Shown: positions 13,401 through 26,333 of the stretch, piece after piece | Position numbering within the stretch: the stretch's first letter is position 1 | How the letters are laid out: the number at the start of each line of letters is the position of its first letter | Origin: Amphiscolops sp. MND2022 | Lineage: Eukaryota | Assembly (NCBI GenBank): GCA_964187785.1 | Contig: OZ076419.1 | Coordinates: 36,394,001 to 36,458,000 of the forward strand | Direction of reading: 5' to 3' | Length of the DNA: 64,000 bases | Position numbers and translations under genes: made by a program | Notes under the pieces: generated by a model | What the model saw: the letters and a program-made list of their open reading frames with translations, nothing else | What the model was told of the DNA's origin: nothing | Databases searched by the model: none

Positions 13401-14400
13401 TTTGTAACGTGGTAAAAAGAAGTTCCAATGGTTGGTCGAACTGATAGTATCTATCCTCCCCCACTTTCCTTATATTCGCTTCTTAGATGAGTGGACACAT
13501 ACCTTTTCTCCACCCAATTCTATTCAATCAGCATTGAGCTCTTTGAACGTATGGTCAGGTGCCAACATCGACAATCGTTCCCTACGACCATCAGTATGGC
13601 AGGATTTAGACGCTATCAAAAGCCGCTCTTAATCTGGCTCGAGCCTGTTGGACCACCAACCTGGGCGAGAAATCGTCTATTCCCGCGCGCTCCTCGCCAA
13701 CATTTGGCGGACTACATCAGTTATGACCAGACAGATTTCCTCCGGGCGCCACATCACATAGTTCTATGCTGCCCTGCCAACCTAGAAAAAACTTCGGCTG
13801 CGCTCCGCTACATTTTTCGCGAAAGTGATATTGACACAAAATTCCTATTGCGACCAGAAGTTGGGAACGTGCTAACACTACCGCAGTCACAAATTAATGG
13901 AACTCCCCCAACACACCACTTTCTCATAACTAGATAGACCCCACGCTGCCCCATGACGGCAGATATCCTCTTTTCCTTTCTCGAACGCCTAGAATATTAC
14001 CCACTGAGCATGCTGATTTCGAGGTTCACGTTTCTAATATCGACCCTGAACGCCTGAACGCCCTTTGCGTAACTTTTACGATTTTTACATGTGTCTCCTT
14101 GACGTTTTTGTCGATACTCCGCAGTCCGTAATAGTACGTACGTTTCGATTGCCAGCATTACGCAGTATCCAAACTCCCCCTTGAGCCCTTTACCCAATTT
14201 CGTTATTGTACAACCACGTAATTTCGCATTTATATTTGACCATATAAGAGTCACGAGCATCATACCTTTGGCTGCTTGATTCTTCCCTTCACATTTTCAG
14301 ACCAAGTTGTATGCCTGAGCATGAGTCCGCATGACAACAATCTCCCCCGCACACACCAACTGAATCGCCAAACATGGGCCAACGTATCTATGATACCTCG
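7440..14400 (+). mobile_element. Degraded Ty3/Gypsy retrotransposon (PR-RT-RNaseH-IN plus 3' accessory region); LTRs not resolved
   Basis: RT fragments IQPSLSPWASGIVMVKKK...FCCDFRSLNEVTIKDVYQLPRIDE and AYIDDIVIAT (~8940-9700), RNase H EFVLSSDASG...FGSKKLT...YGALKLEMYAAY (~9780-10230) and integrase fragments (~10900-11900). All have many frameshifts and stops. Outer limits are approximate. Confidence 0.85.
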
Positions 14401-14547
14401 AGTCTGCACCGCATTCCTCTGGCAGCTTTAGTCCGAGGCCGTCTCACAAACGGTGTCTCCCCGGCCACAGTAACAGGACTCGTAGCAATGATTGCAGCGA
14501 TGGAATCACAGCTTCCGGCTACTTTACTGTCCGTCACAATTACTTTA

Positions 14548-14618
14548 GCCTTTCCTGGTTTTCAGCAATCAATGACGTATCACTGATACGTCATTGATTG
14601 CTGAAAACCAGGAAAGGC
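14548..14618. repeat. Perfect 71-bp palindrome (35-bp arms, 1-nt spacer)
   Basis: GCCTTTCCTGGTTTTCAGCAATCAATGACGTATCA-C-TGATACGTCATTGATTGCTGAAAACCAGGAAAGGC; the arms are exact reverse complements. Confidence 0.98.
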
Positions 14619-15059
14619 AGAAGTTGCTACGCTAAACAGGGAGCTTTTGACTGCAACAGATCTGTTGCATTGTGGTGTGGATTCTTCACATCGATTACAT
14701 TACGTGGGTTTTCAAGAAATGAGGAAGTGGAGTGAACAATTTTCTGGATTCTTGCACTAATACCTGCGTAACCTGCGAAGAATCGCCGAAACAAAATTTT
14801 CACTGTTTTCCCGAATTCTTGAAATGTTGTGGATTCTTCGTTTTAGCAATTATTAGCAAATATTATTTTGCGGGGATTCTGTACTAATTGGGTCATTTAT
14901 TTGAGTTACAAATTTTTTGTAGATTCTTCGTTTCATAACTAAATTTTTGTAGATTCTTTGTTTCGTATGAATTCACAGAAACACCATAAACAAAATTTGT
15001 GGATTCTTCCTTTTGTATATGAACAATTTTGCTGAATATGTTGAAATGGTTGTCACAAT

Positions 15060-15900
15060 GAAAATCCCCGTTTGCCGAATTTTAAAAAATTCCTATTAAT
15101 TATAATGAAACAAATGATTTTGTAACAACTCGAGGAGCGTTTAAGTAGAATGTTTAAAATAGTTAAAACCCCCACCCGGTTTGTCAAATTTAAAAAATCC
15201 CTATTTCTAAATGTAATAAAGCATGAGCCCCAATTTCAGTTGTGGAAAAATAAATTATCGGTGGAAAGAAAGTTCAAAAATTCTCCTGTTTGAATATAAA
15301 TATCTCATATAACAAGAGGGTAAATTTGTTGGGGAGATGGTTTTCAAATTAGATTTTAATTCTTAAATTACGTTCCGGGGGGGACCGGGGAAGGTTCTAA
15401 ACGTATCATGGTTTTTTAAATAAATTTCTCACATGAAGAAACTTCATATCAACTGTAATGAAACAGTTAATTTTGAAACAACTCCAGGAGCGCTAAAATG
15501 AAAGGTATCAAACACCCCCCATGTTTGCCGTTTTTAACATGTAAAAATTTATCCCCAAACACCCCCCTTGTGGCCAATTTCAAAGAACTTCACATCACGT
15601 GTAGGAGAAGTCAATTTTAGAACGACTCCAGGAGCGTTCAAATAGAATGTATCTAATACCTCACCCCTGTTTGCCAAATTTAAAAAACATCATTTCAATT
15701 TTAATTGAAACTGTTAATTTTGGAATGACTCCAAGTCCGTTCAAATTTAATGTACCTCACCCAAACTTTATATCAATTGTATAGAAAAAGCTATTTTTCT
15801 AAAGACTCTAGGAGCGTTCAAATTATTTCAAATATCGCTTTGCACCCTGTTTGACAAAATTAAAAAAAGTGTCATAACAATTTTAATAAAACAGTTGAAC
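15060..15900 (+). repeat. Degenerate subterminal minisatellite carrying the AAC(G/A)ACTCCAGGAGCG motif
   Basis: Recurring block (cccc..gtttgcc(a)aatttaaaaaa...gaaac...ttttg.aac.actccaggagcgtt) with motif copies near 15126, 15477, 15621 and 15801. Confidence 0.7.
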
Positions 15901-16159
15901 TGGTTGTAAAGTTAACAAATGTTGAAAGACATACATTCGTTCCTCGAAATTCTTTCATCTACATGTAATGCCTCTTCAGTTAAGACGAGGAAATACATGT
16001 GTTTAGCATGACACGCAAGTTTATGTTTGTCAATGTGAATCATCTAGCGGCCTCGGCGAACGAAGTACATGTAATGAAGATATTAATCAACCAGTGTAGC
16101 TCCAAATCAGTTGCTTTACTTCGAACAGTTGAATCCTGTTAATTGAGTTGATAACTAAC

Positions 16160-16214
16160 GTTGATAACTCCAGTTGATAACTCCAGTTGATAACTCCAGT
16201 TGATAACTCCAGTT
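16160..16214 (+). repeat. 13-bp tandem repeat (GTTGATAACTCCA)x4
   Basis: Four exact copies plus a partial copy. Confidence 0.95.
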
Positions 16215-16539
16215 CCGAAGCCTGATCAAATTCATCCAGCCTGAGCATTCATCGAAGAAAGTAAGTTTTTATTTATATTAATGTCATTGGAAACTTTATC
16301 AATCAACAAAAACAAGAACTGGTACGAATTTTTCATCCAAATTGGTACAAATAATGAAGATATAGAGTATTGTTTTGTATATTGAAAATAATCGAAATTT
16401 TTAAAAGAAGTTGGTTTCCAATGTTGGGCAATTTTTAAAGAAGGTATACAGTATATGGCAATTTTCGAGGGGAGAGTAACATCACGAAGAGCCTTATATA
16501 TAAATATACATTTAGTGTTGAAAATCGTATAAAAATTCA

Positions 16540-16965
16540 GCGTCTTAACGCTCCTGGAGTCGTTAAAAGTTTTGATTTTATACAAAAACTTAGCTGTTTT
16601 AACGCTCCTGGAATCGTTAAAGTCTCTAAAATCATATATAATTTTTAAAACTTTAACGACTCCAGGAGCGTTGAGACAGCTAAAATTATAGATGATTTTA
16701 AAGACTTTAACGACTCCCGGAGCGTTAAGACAGCTAAATTTATATACAATATTCAAAACTTTAACAACTCCCGGACCTGGACCAGGAGCGTTAAGACAGC
16801 TAAGTTTATATATAAGTTTCAAAATTTTAACGACTCCAGGAGCGTTAAGACAGCTAATATTATATATGACTTTAAAGACTTTAACGACTCCCGGAGCGTT
16901 AAGACAGCTTAATTTATATAAAATATTCAAAATTGCAACTATTCCAGGAGCGTTCAGACAGCTTT
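16540..16965. repeat. 54-bp minisatellite: about 6 forward units preceded by 2 inverted partial units
   Basis: Unit approximately CTTTAACGACTCCAGGAGCGTTAAGACAGCTAAATTATATATAATTTTAAA(G)A. It explains the repetitive ORF 16232-17062. Confidence 0.9.
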
Positions 16966-17181
16966 GAGACCGTTTTTGAGACCAATTTTTTGAGACCGTA
17001 TTACACATTACTGAAGTCAGATGACTTAAAGCGTAGTCGCATGAAAATACTGCCAATATCAATGATAAAATATTGATCGTTTTTCGTTTGATGAGTTTTT
17101 ACTTCGAAACTATAACGACTCCAGGAGCGTTGAGAAAAATAAATATTCGAAATTATTAAACAATCTTTTAAAATCCAGGAA

Positions 17182-20100
17182 ATGCCGCTCAAGAAGTGCC
17201 CTAAATGCTCCTACAAGACAGAGAAACTCTTAAATTTCAACCGCCATGTTGGAAAAAGCCCAGGTGTTGAGACCGAACAGGTTGAAGCCAGAGGAAGTGG
17301 TCATTTTTCTTGTGACAAATGTCTGCTGCCAGTGTCAACTAAGGATGCCCTCGAAAGGCATCAACGGACTGAAAGCTGCGCTAAGAGGGCAGTGGAGCTG
17401 GCAGAAGGTCTTTCCCCGCCTCTGAGGAAATACAGGAAGTTATTCCTCACATAGAAAACGTATGCTGCGCAAAAGTATGCTCGGTACAGTAAAAAACTGC
17501 TCACATCAAACTTGTCTTTTTATCGTTTGATAATTGTGCTGGCGAAGTAGAAACGTACCGCCTATTATGAAAGTCGTCTTAAAAGGCGATGCTATAGGAC
17601 AAATTTTTTTATGTTTCAGAGACTGTAACACGGACGCTGAAAAGCAAAACGTGTGACTCGTGTGGTCAGGTGTTTTCTTTCCGCAGCAACTTGCTGAGGC
17701 ACCTTGATCGAGCTCCCCATCACCAATTTCAGCATAGGGCCTTCTCAAGAGTCCCCAGAAAGTCAGCCAAGGAAGGCAACTATAGGTAGGGAAAATCAGC
17801 CATTATCAAAGAGTTGTTTTTTCAGTTGAACATGTGCAAGGAAGTCAAAAAATTGTTTTCATGCCTAGAAGAGTTAATTCTGTTTTCCAGGTGAGGATAC
17901 TTGCCACGGATAAAAGGATCTGTCTTTTCACTAAATAAAACTTTTGGGTATTGTTTTTAAATGTTCTTAGGTATTACGAGCACATCGAGGGGACCAAACA
18001 GAGTGCCGTCCAAAAGTGCGTTGTGTGGAATGGGGCTGTGGAAAACCAGTCTAAGAAGGTGTTGAACTACCTGTTACATGGTTTTCCCCTCCGATGGAGA
18101 GATGCCAGGCAGAATGTTGAAAGCCTGGTGCTTCCGCATGTCCCCATTGAAGCAGCGACACAGTTTTTGCCCTTAGCAGAGCACATGCTTCGTTACATGG
18201 TTAACCCTGATGTCCCCATTGCAGCAAAGTCGGCAAAACTTAATAAGTTGAGACTAGAAACTTTAATTCAAGGATCACATACTTTTTTTGAAAGTGTAAA
18301 GATATATACAACTTTTGTTCTTTCCCGTATAAAAGTTTTATGACCAGTTATTGGCGTACGTCATTGAGAAACAAGGGAAACACTGGAATAAAGTTTTAAT
18401 AAAAGTGAAATGGGAGGTTCTAAATACATCTGGGGATTCAAAAAATTGACAAGTACACATGCAAGTCGCTTCAAGAAAAGATATTTTGTCTTTGATTTTC
18501 AGACGTTGTGCTTTTTCGAATAGAAAATAGAAATCTATTCCTGAATATATACACAAATATCGGAACGAAGAATCCACAAAATTTTACAATCATATTGAGC
18601 TTCAAAATCATGAACGATTACCTTCAAAGTAATTTTGCAATGGTATGTCATCCAGCGCTGGATTCTTCACAACATGTTAAATTATTGTTTTCTCAATTCT
18701 CCTTTGCTTATGCAGCCAATTTGAAATTGTTTCAGCAGCGACATTTGACCAGAGAAGAATATCTTGTAGAGCAGCGCGCGGGGCCAGAAGCAGCCGGAAA
18801 AGATTTGTTCCCGGTGAATGTCATCAACATCACTCTTGGCCATGAGGTAATTAAATTCATTTTAAACTTTTGTATATAATACTTTTATTCGTTTTTTAAC
18901 TGTTTTTGTTACTTTTGGTTTGAATGAACTACTATGTAGCATTAATTATACTACGGAAAGAATTAAGATATACTCGGTACTTAAATTTAGATCTTTTCAC
19001 CACCCAGTGGCGTGAAAAATGCCGGAGTAGACTCATTTGCGGAATCAAAGTTCGCAGTCGGGGCTGAAAACAGGTTCGTGACGCAGAGCACTTGGAATTA
19101 CCTGCTGCTTTCGAACGACCAGTGTGTGACTCCCTGGCACATAAATTTTGCAAGTACCTGCGTGATTTATGTGGTCCTCCTTGGAGAAAAAATCTTCTGG
19201 CTCGTCAAGCCACCGAGGAAGAATTTGAGGCTCTTCAAGCAGTATAGCGAGAAAAACCCAAGAAGCATGTAAGATATTTTTTCTTGTAAAAAAACATTTG
19301 CCTTCCACAGGAACATGATTTTGAAAAAAACAGCCAAATGAACCGTCGAGCCATTTTTCATCAAACCCCGTCTATTTAATAATGTGTGTCATTTAGATCA
19401 ACATTTTTCGGGGACCTGGTGCAGTTGGAGGGAGGAGGCTGCCACAGGATCCATGCAAAGGCAGGTGACGCCGTTATTTTACCGTCGAAATGGATTCACT
19501 GTGTCCTCACCCATGGCAACTCCGTGGCACTAGGTGCCAATTTCCTTTGCATTGGACACAGTGATTTAATTGTCGCTGCCCCTTTCGACGAAGACGAGGA
19601 TACACGAAAAATATCGTACCAAATACTACAAACACATATGCAAAAGTTGTAACCTGTAACGACTCCGGGAGCATTTTTGCGAATAAGCTGAGAAAAAGTT
19701 TATAACAGCCTTCCCATATTTCTGCGTAACATGAATTGTCTCCCGGAGCATTTTAAGGGAACAATATTCCAATTTGCATTCTTACAAATGTGTCGCCTCT
19801 GATCACGTACCATAACTTAACGATAATCCACCCTCTAATTACTTAATAACTTTATTATACAAAAGCTCCAATAAGCTGTGTTAACTATAGATATCCCTTA
19901 TTGGCGACAATCTTCAACTACCGCAAGATGCGAGTGCCCCACAATGACCGGTACAGGAGCCTGCTTCAAAAAATGGCTAACAAAGTCACGGACGAAGAAG
20001 CCTCTACTAAACGAGTTAGCACTATATACTATTGTTAACCTACTGAAAGCGATTCTTGGTAACTTGAAATAACTTTCATGTAATTAACTGAGAGTAATTT

Positions 20101-20752
20101 TATTGTGACCACTTTTGTAACCATGAATTTGTAACCACTTAATTAAAATCGTTTTGTTCTGGGTTCTCCATGCCTTCAGCATTGAAACACTGAACCTTGA
20201 AGCGAATCTACATATGTACAGCGGAGGCCGTTTTCGCAGAACGAGTCTGAAGGACTTTAGAAAAACCCCACTGCGCATCAATGTCAAGGTGGAGGTAAAG
20301 GTTGGGCTTGATCATCAAGCCACAGTCCCAGATGTCACTAACGAGCCATATGAAGCTTATGATCTCTCTGAGGCAGTTGATGACCTGACTCTGCTCACGC
20401 GGGAGATCATGGATTCACCCCGGCCAATCAGCGGTTACCAAAGAGGTAACCGTTGTTAACTAAATCGTTCAGCTAGAAACAATGTTATGTGCATTAACTT
20501 TTTGTTCCAATCTATACACTCGCTCCTGGAGTCGTTACAGCTAACTTCAGTCGTCCGAACGACCGCACTCTTGTGTTTTCTTTTGCTACCGGAGTCGTTA
20601 AATTGGATTACGTTTCAGATTGGGACCTCAAACGAAAGCAGTTCGTGTCCTCTTCTGTAACAGTGCAGCCTTGGAAGCAATCTGATTTTAGCAGATTCAA
20701 GCACATTGCTGCAATTGCTCCATCAGCACACGAGTTTAACTCTGCAAACTGA
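17182..20752 (+). pseudogene. Multi-exon zinc-finger + JmjC (KDM2/KDM7-like) + ELM2/SANT-like gene, copy A, with lesions
   Basis: Exons encode CPKC..RH, CDKC..RH..C and CDSCGQVFSFRSNLLRHLDRAPH fingers; JmjC TWNYLLLSNDQCVTPWHINFASTCVIYVVLLGEKIFWLVKP and AGDAVILPSKWIHCVLT..VALGANFL; a YPLL helix exon; ELM2 VKVGLDHQATVPD; and a SANT-like PWKQSDFSRF. An apparent +1 indel lies at the first exon end. Confidence 0.85.
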
Positions 20753-21546
20753 CAGGCTTATCATTGTTTTGATTAGAGATTTCTATTTATTAGAGAGATT
20801 AGAAAATTTAAAAAGGTTCGGGAAAAAAATTGTAACAGTTTTTTTAAATTCTGGAGTCGCAGCCTGTAGTTTTATCGTTGTGAAAAATCCATAAAAGGTA
20901 CAACTAAATTCAAGGACCACTACCTTCAAATTAAACTTCCACATGTTTTATCCAATGCGCAGCTACCAGAGAGGTAACCGCGATTTACTAAAGCTTTTAG
21001 CTAAAAACCATGTAATGTTCATTAAACTTTTGTTTAAACCTGTACACTCGCTCCCGTAGTTGTTACAGCTGAATTCAGTTGTCCAAACGAACACACTTTT
21101 TTGCATTCGCTCTGTTTAAAAGATCGTTTTTGAAAATACTATTCCTTCCTAATTTCAAAAAAATGTAAGTTTTTTTTAAATTCTGGAGTCGCACAGCATA
21201 TAGCTGTATTGTTTTAAAAAATATACAACTAAATTCTTGGACCACTACCTTCAATTCAAACTCACACATGCTTTATCATCTGATTGCAGATTCTGCAGAT
21301 TATGGGTAATTATTATTGCCTCAATTCTACTGTGCAATTCAATCTCCGAGCGATTAAAATTGTCCTCATGGACCACTACCTTATCACCTAATTATAGATT
21401 CTTCACATTATGTGTAATTATCAATGCCTCCATTCTACTGTAAAATCCAAACTAGACAATGATGGAGTTATTTGAAAAATGATAGGTGTCATCGTATTGA
21501 GTTTGTCACTTTCCATTTCTTTCAACATAAAAATATAGAACGACCC

Positions 21547-23945
21547 ATGTCAGAGAACTACCATTCAACCACATCAATCAGTTGCTTTCTTGCCAAGTCT
21601 AAAAACAAACTCGCTCTCAGAATGTGTGAACCTTTGGGAAGTATTTCAATTAACAACGGCGATTTGACCAAATAATCACAAAGCAGCCCTTTTCTAACTC
21701 CTATGCAGCCTCCATAACCACTTAACAATGATGCTAATCATCATTATCATAACACCCCTGCACCGCTTCAACATTGTAACTTCTCCTTCCACGAGTCCTA
21801 CTCAGGCCATTTAATCCCATGCCCGCCTAACTTCTCTCAAATTCTGGATCCAAAAACACACCAATGTTATACTCAAAACAGCAATTCATCCACGAACTCC
21901 AGTGATCAAGCGTTGCTAGAACAGTATGAGGCAAGTGCGCTTGCTACTAGCACCGGCCCAACGGGCACCTTGAAGCACAGTCTCAATTATACAGCCAGGA
22001 GTTTAACTGAACCAAGAACAAAATTGCCCCGACAGGAATGGTCGGAGAAAGTAGGACCCCGAATTTAGAAGACAGTTTGAGAAATTGTAGAAGCGTACGA
22101 CACTTGTGGAGCGCTGACGTTCCAACAACAGTTGACACTCTTCCACGGCATTGTCACCCATCTATACATGTATGCTGAGCCCGTCACTGTGATGGCGAAG
22201 AGCAATTTAGCTATGACAGTACATGCCGTCGCCCAAGTTGTGTCACAGCTTGACGAGCTAAGCCAGAACACCGCGTACGAATTGAGCCTTGAACCATCTT
22301 TGGGTAATTGTTTCGTTTTTTGTCAAGTTTGGAGACGAAGTAGAACATTGAATGAAGAGAAATCTTCATATTATTAGAAAAATCATTTTTGCAGAAACAT
22401 TTTTAAAAAGGATCTGTAATGTTACACATTTCTAGAACTGTAAACCTGTTGTTTTAGGAAACACCATTCGATGGCAGCATAAGATATGCTAATGGGCAGT
22501 GAATGCGATGCGGGTCTATCACCTTGGCTTGAGACATAATTTCCAGAGGCAAACACCACAAGTGGTCAAGAGGGCGTTCCCACGGGACGATGACACCGAA
22601 GAGGTGCATACGGAACTTTTTTTGTCACTTCCATGGGAAACACCAACTTTAACCCAAAAATAATTGCAGAAGAGTTTATGGACAAGGTACAGACTTTTCA
22701 ACAATAGTGATTGAACGGTCACTATGCGCAACAGTTATGATGTGATTGTATTTTGTTGTAGATGCAAAAGAATTCACGGGAGACAGTGGACGATGTGCTG
22801 CAGGGTTATGCCAACGAAGCACTTCCCCTGCCAACATCCTGCGACGCCGTCTTCAAAAAGAATGCGCACGCCACAGCAGAGATTCGGAAAACTGTCGACA
22901 TGATCTGGGCTGCCGCTAATGAGGTCACTGAACGACAACTGAGCACCTGTGTGACAAAACGCCTCAATGCACAGCGTTATGTCCGACAAGTGTTGCGAGC
23001 AAAAGAGTTAATTGCATTTTGCAGCAACAAACGAAATCAAGTCAACCCCGCCAGTCAGAGGCTCATTGAGTTCTACAGCAAGAACTGCTGGAACACAGAA
23101 GAAGATCTCGAAAAAGTTTGTAATTCTTAAACATCGGAAGTCAACCAGCAGTCACACTGCTTTAACAATAACTGCTTCAATACCTATAGGATGAAAAACA
23201 AGTATAGCATGTTATTTTTATTCATTGTGTCGTTCAACATTCGAGATTGTGACTGATCGCATTTCTCCGGAAAATAACCAGTAGTCACACTGCTTTGAAA
23301 ATAACTGCTTGAATACCTATAGGATGAAAAACATGTTATTTTTCTTCATTGTTTCTTTAGACATTCAAGATTGTGACTGATCGCCTGAATCCGGAAGCAC
23401 TACAGACTCCATCAGTTGCCCCCGCCACGATGTATTGTTCCTGCCAGACCAGCACAAACAGCCGGAGTCTTTCAAGAAGTCACTTGCCAAACTATGTAAG
23501 TCGCAGCATTGGCCAGCAATCTGCGACGTACAAGTAAAAGGTCTTGGTCGTGGGGTGATCACGATGGCGAAGATCGACAAAGGAGAGATTCTGGCGGATT
23601 ACCACGGAGAAGAGATAAAAGGAATGAAGTTGAACGAGTTCCTTGAAATACCTAGCAACCAAACTGAGTATCTCTTCCAACTAGGCCAGAAACTTTTCAT
23701 CGACGCTTCCAGTGAAGTCTGCAAGGAGCATCCGAACAACAGGTTCCTTGCCAGGTTATTCAACCACAAATCGGCCGAAAAAGCAAATGTGAAGCCAGTG
23801 CTAATAAATATAGCGCCCAACAAAGACGTCCTGGTGTTTGTAGCGAAAACTGAAATCGCTCCCTTCGAAGAGCTTCGCTGATTATGGCAATGAAGAAGCG
23901 AGGCGACTGTTTGACGAAAATTTTTTTGTCTTGAGATTAGTTTAG
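21547..23945 (+). pseudogene. Multi-exon gene ending in a KMT5A/SET8-like SET domain; stops and a 1-bp deletion
   Basis: SET motifs in 23435-23900: KGLGRGVIT, GEILADYHGE, YLFQL..FIDAS, ARLFNH, LVFVAKTEIAPFEELR; restoring one base gives ELRWDYG. Upstream coding-like exons lie at ~21550-22310 (in-frame stops), ~22460-22690 and ~22780-23115. Confidence 0.8.
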
Positions 23946-24114
23946 ATAACGCAGAAAGTGAATTTTAGGTAATTTTTATGTTTTCCAATTAAATTTTTTT
24001 AAATTAGATATGTTTCTGGAGTTGTTACGTTGCAGGAATGAATAAATTTTGAGGACTGAATGTGCTCGCGGAGTCGTTACTTTGTTTGTAAAGGAGTTGT
24101 TGCTTTAGAAAACA

Positions 24115-24478
24115 AGTGTACTTCTACCTTCGAAAAACAACTAGCAATGGTTTAAAATTGATCTCTAGATTCTTCGAACAATGCTTTATATTTGCTTTTT
24201 TAATTCTAGAGCGCTTTCTAAACGCGAGCTGAGCTAATGGTATTTGAAGAATCCACAAAAAAAGCCTAAACAACTGCTCAAAACTAGTGAACCTACGAAC
24301 AGTTACCAGCCATGATTTGAAATTCATTTCTAGATTCTTCAAACAATGCTTTAAAGTCACTTTCTCAATTCTTAGCGCTCATTTTAAACGCGAGCTGAGC
24401 TAATGCTATTTGAAGAATCCACAAAATTCACTGAACTACTTGCTCAATTTTTGTGTAGGGGAGAATTGGAAAGCTGTC
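24115..24478 (+). repeat. Dispersed ~360-bp direct repeat, copy 1 (internal ~130-bp tandem unit)
   Basis: Closely similar to 32423-32783 (GCAATGGTTTAAAATTGATCTCTAGATTCTTC...GAGCTGAGCTAATG...GAAGAATCCACAAA). Confidence 0.85.
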
Positions 24479-25147
24479 GAATACGGTCCCTAAATAATTG
24501 CTCCCGGAGTCGTTACAAATTAATGGGAAAGGTCTTTTTTGCATCGATTGGAAGGTATATTTGAAGATCCAATAAACTGCGCTACTGCATCCTTTTTTGA
24601 TGTGAAAAGGATAAATCAGTTCTTGATTGTTATTGTCCTTTAGAGCGATAGGAAGGCACAATTGAAGATCCACTGCATCCAGGGGTGTTCAATAAATAAT
24701 TATGAGTAGGAATAACTGAAATGCATAAAATAAAATAATTTACTTCTACACTCAAATGAAGAGAAATAATTATTTTTGAACCTGTCAAAAGAATAATAAT
24801 TATTCTTGAGGTGACTAAAACTAACTAAGGACGTTTAATTCAACATATCGTAAGCCATATTAATTCGAATATACAGAAATCTTGAGCTTTCCAGAAATAC
24901 CTTTGTTGAGTACCTTGGGGTACTGACTCAAAAGGTCGAAGAATCCAATAAAAAAACACTGTCTTTGCGTTTTGGCCTGATTATGGATGGCTAATTTAAG
25001 TTTTTGTTGATATCCGTTTTTCGCTGAGAATAAAAACATTTCGTTTAACAAAAAAATGATAAAATTGTTTATTTTCCACTACGAAAATAAATTAATTTAA
25101 TTTTAGGCAACAATAATATTCGAATAAAATATTGAACACCCCTGACT

Positions 25148-25505
25148 GCATCCCTTTTTGATGTAAAAAAAGATTAGTTGATCGTTGTTATTTTCCTTCA
25201 CAGCGATAGGAAGGCACTTTTGAAGATCCACCGCGTCTTTTGATGTGGAACAAAGATCAGACGATCCTTGTTGTTTTCCTTCACAGCAATAGGAAGGCAC
25301 TTATGAAGATCCACCGCGTCTTTTTTGATGTGGAAAAAGATCAGACGATCCTTGTTATTTTCCTTCACAGCGATAGGAAGGCACTTATGAAGATCCACTG
25401 TGTCTTTTTTGATGTGGAAAGGGATCAGACGATCCTTGTTTTTTTCTTTCACAGCGATAGGAAGGCACTTATGAAGATCCACTGCATCTCTCTTTGATCT
25501 GAAAA
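25148..25505. repeat. 83-84-bp tandem repeat, about 4 copies (a related single copy lies near 24590-24670)
   Basis: CTTCACAGCGATAGGAAGGCACTT recurs at 25196, 25279, 25363 and ~25447. Confidence 0.9.
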
Positions 25506-26135
25506 AAAGATCAGTTGATTGTTGGTAATGATGATTTTTGATGAAAACAGTAATGTCCACTTTTAGTCAAAATTAAAAAGAAATATAAACTATTAATTCA
25601 AAATAAACTAGCCGAATAATCTGTTTTCGGCACTGATGTACTTTTGTACGTTACATATTATTGTAAGTTATAAAACATCATTTATTTAAAATAAATGGAA
25701 ACTCTCCCCCTCAATCACGCACACACACTTTTAAAAAAATAGGAAAATAGTATGAACAAAGTTTGTATTCCAATTATAAACTGTCACTCTGGAAATACCA
25801 TTAAAATTGAAAAAATCTGGTCTGTAATCAAGTATTTTTGTTGTATCTCGAAACGTGTGTGCGTGGGGGTGGGGATAGTTCCTAAATGGACATCACTGGA
25901 TGAGAAAGAAGATAAATCTGTATACTGGGTATACTGAATTAATTACAATTCTTACGTCGAATTGCGCAGTAAAATCGAGGGACTAATTATTATACATGGT
26001 GTGAAGAATCTATAATTGGATGACAAAACATGAGAGAGTGTAAATTGAAAGTATTGGTCCACGAATTCAAACCAAATTTGTTCGTTTCTTTTTGTGGATT
26101 CTCCACAACAATAGGAATGCTATGAACATACCTAA

Positions 26136-26333
26136 ATTACGAATATAATTGCACTTTTGTAACTAATGAAAAATCCAAAGTATTTTTTCATAAGTTTGTT
26201 TTGCAATTGAATCAAAATTGCAAACCATTAGGTAACCTAATGGCTTGCAATTTTGATTCAATTGCAAAACAAATTTATGAAAAAATACTTTGTATTTTTT
26301 CATTAGTTACAAAATTGCAATTATATTCGTAAT
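26136..26333. repeat. ~200-bp fold-back (hairpin) element with ~98-bp arms
   Basis: ATTACGAATATAATTGCA...CCATTAGGT-A-ACCTAATGG...TGCAATTATATTCGTAAT, with few mismatches. Confidence 0.9.

Noticed and set aside
16540-16965. CRISPR-like array (conserved ~30-bp core with variable AT-rich linkers)
   Set aside because: The linkers are homologous to each other rather than unique spacers, the context is eukaryotic, and no cas genes are present.
16232-17062. 276-aa minus-strand ORF with repeated SCLNAPGVVK units
   Set aside because: It is the translation of a stop-free 54-bp minisatellite with no globular domain; treated as non-coding.
25198-25560. Repetitive ORFs on both strands
   Set aside because: They are a by-product of the 84-bp tandem repeat.
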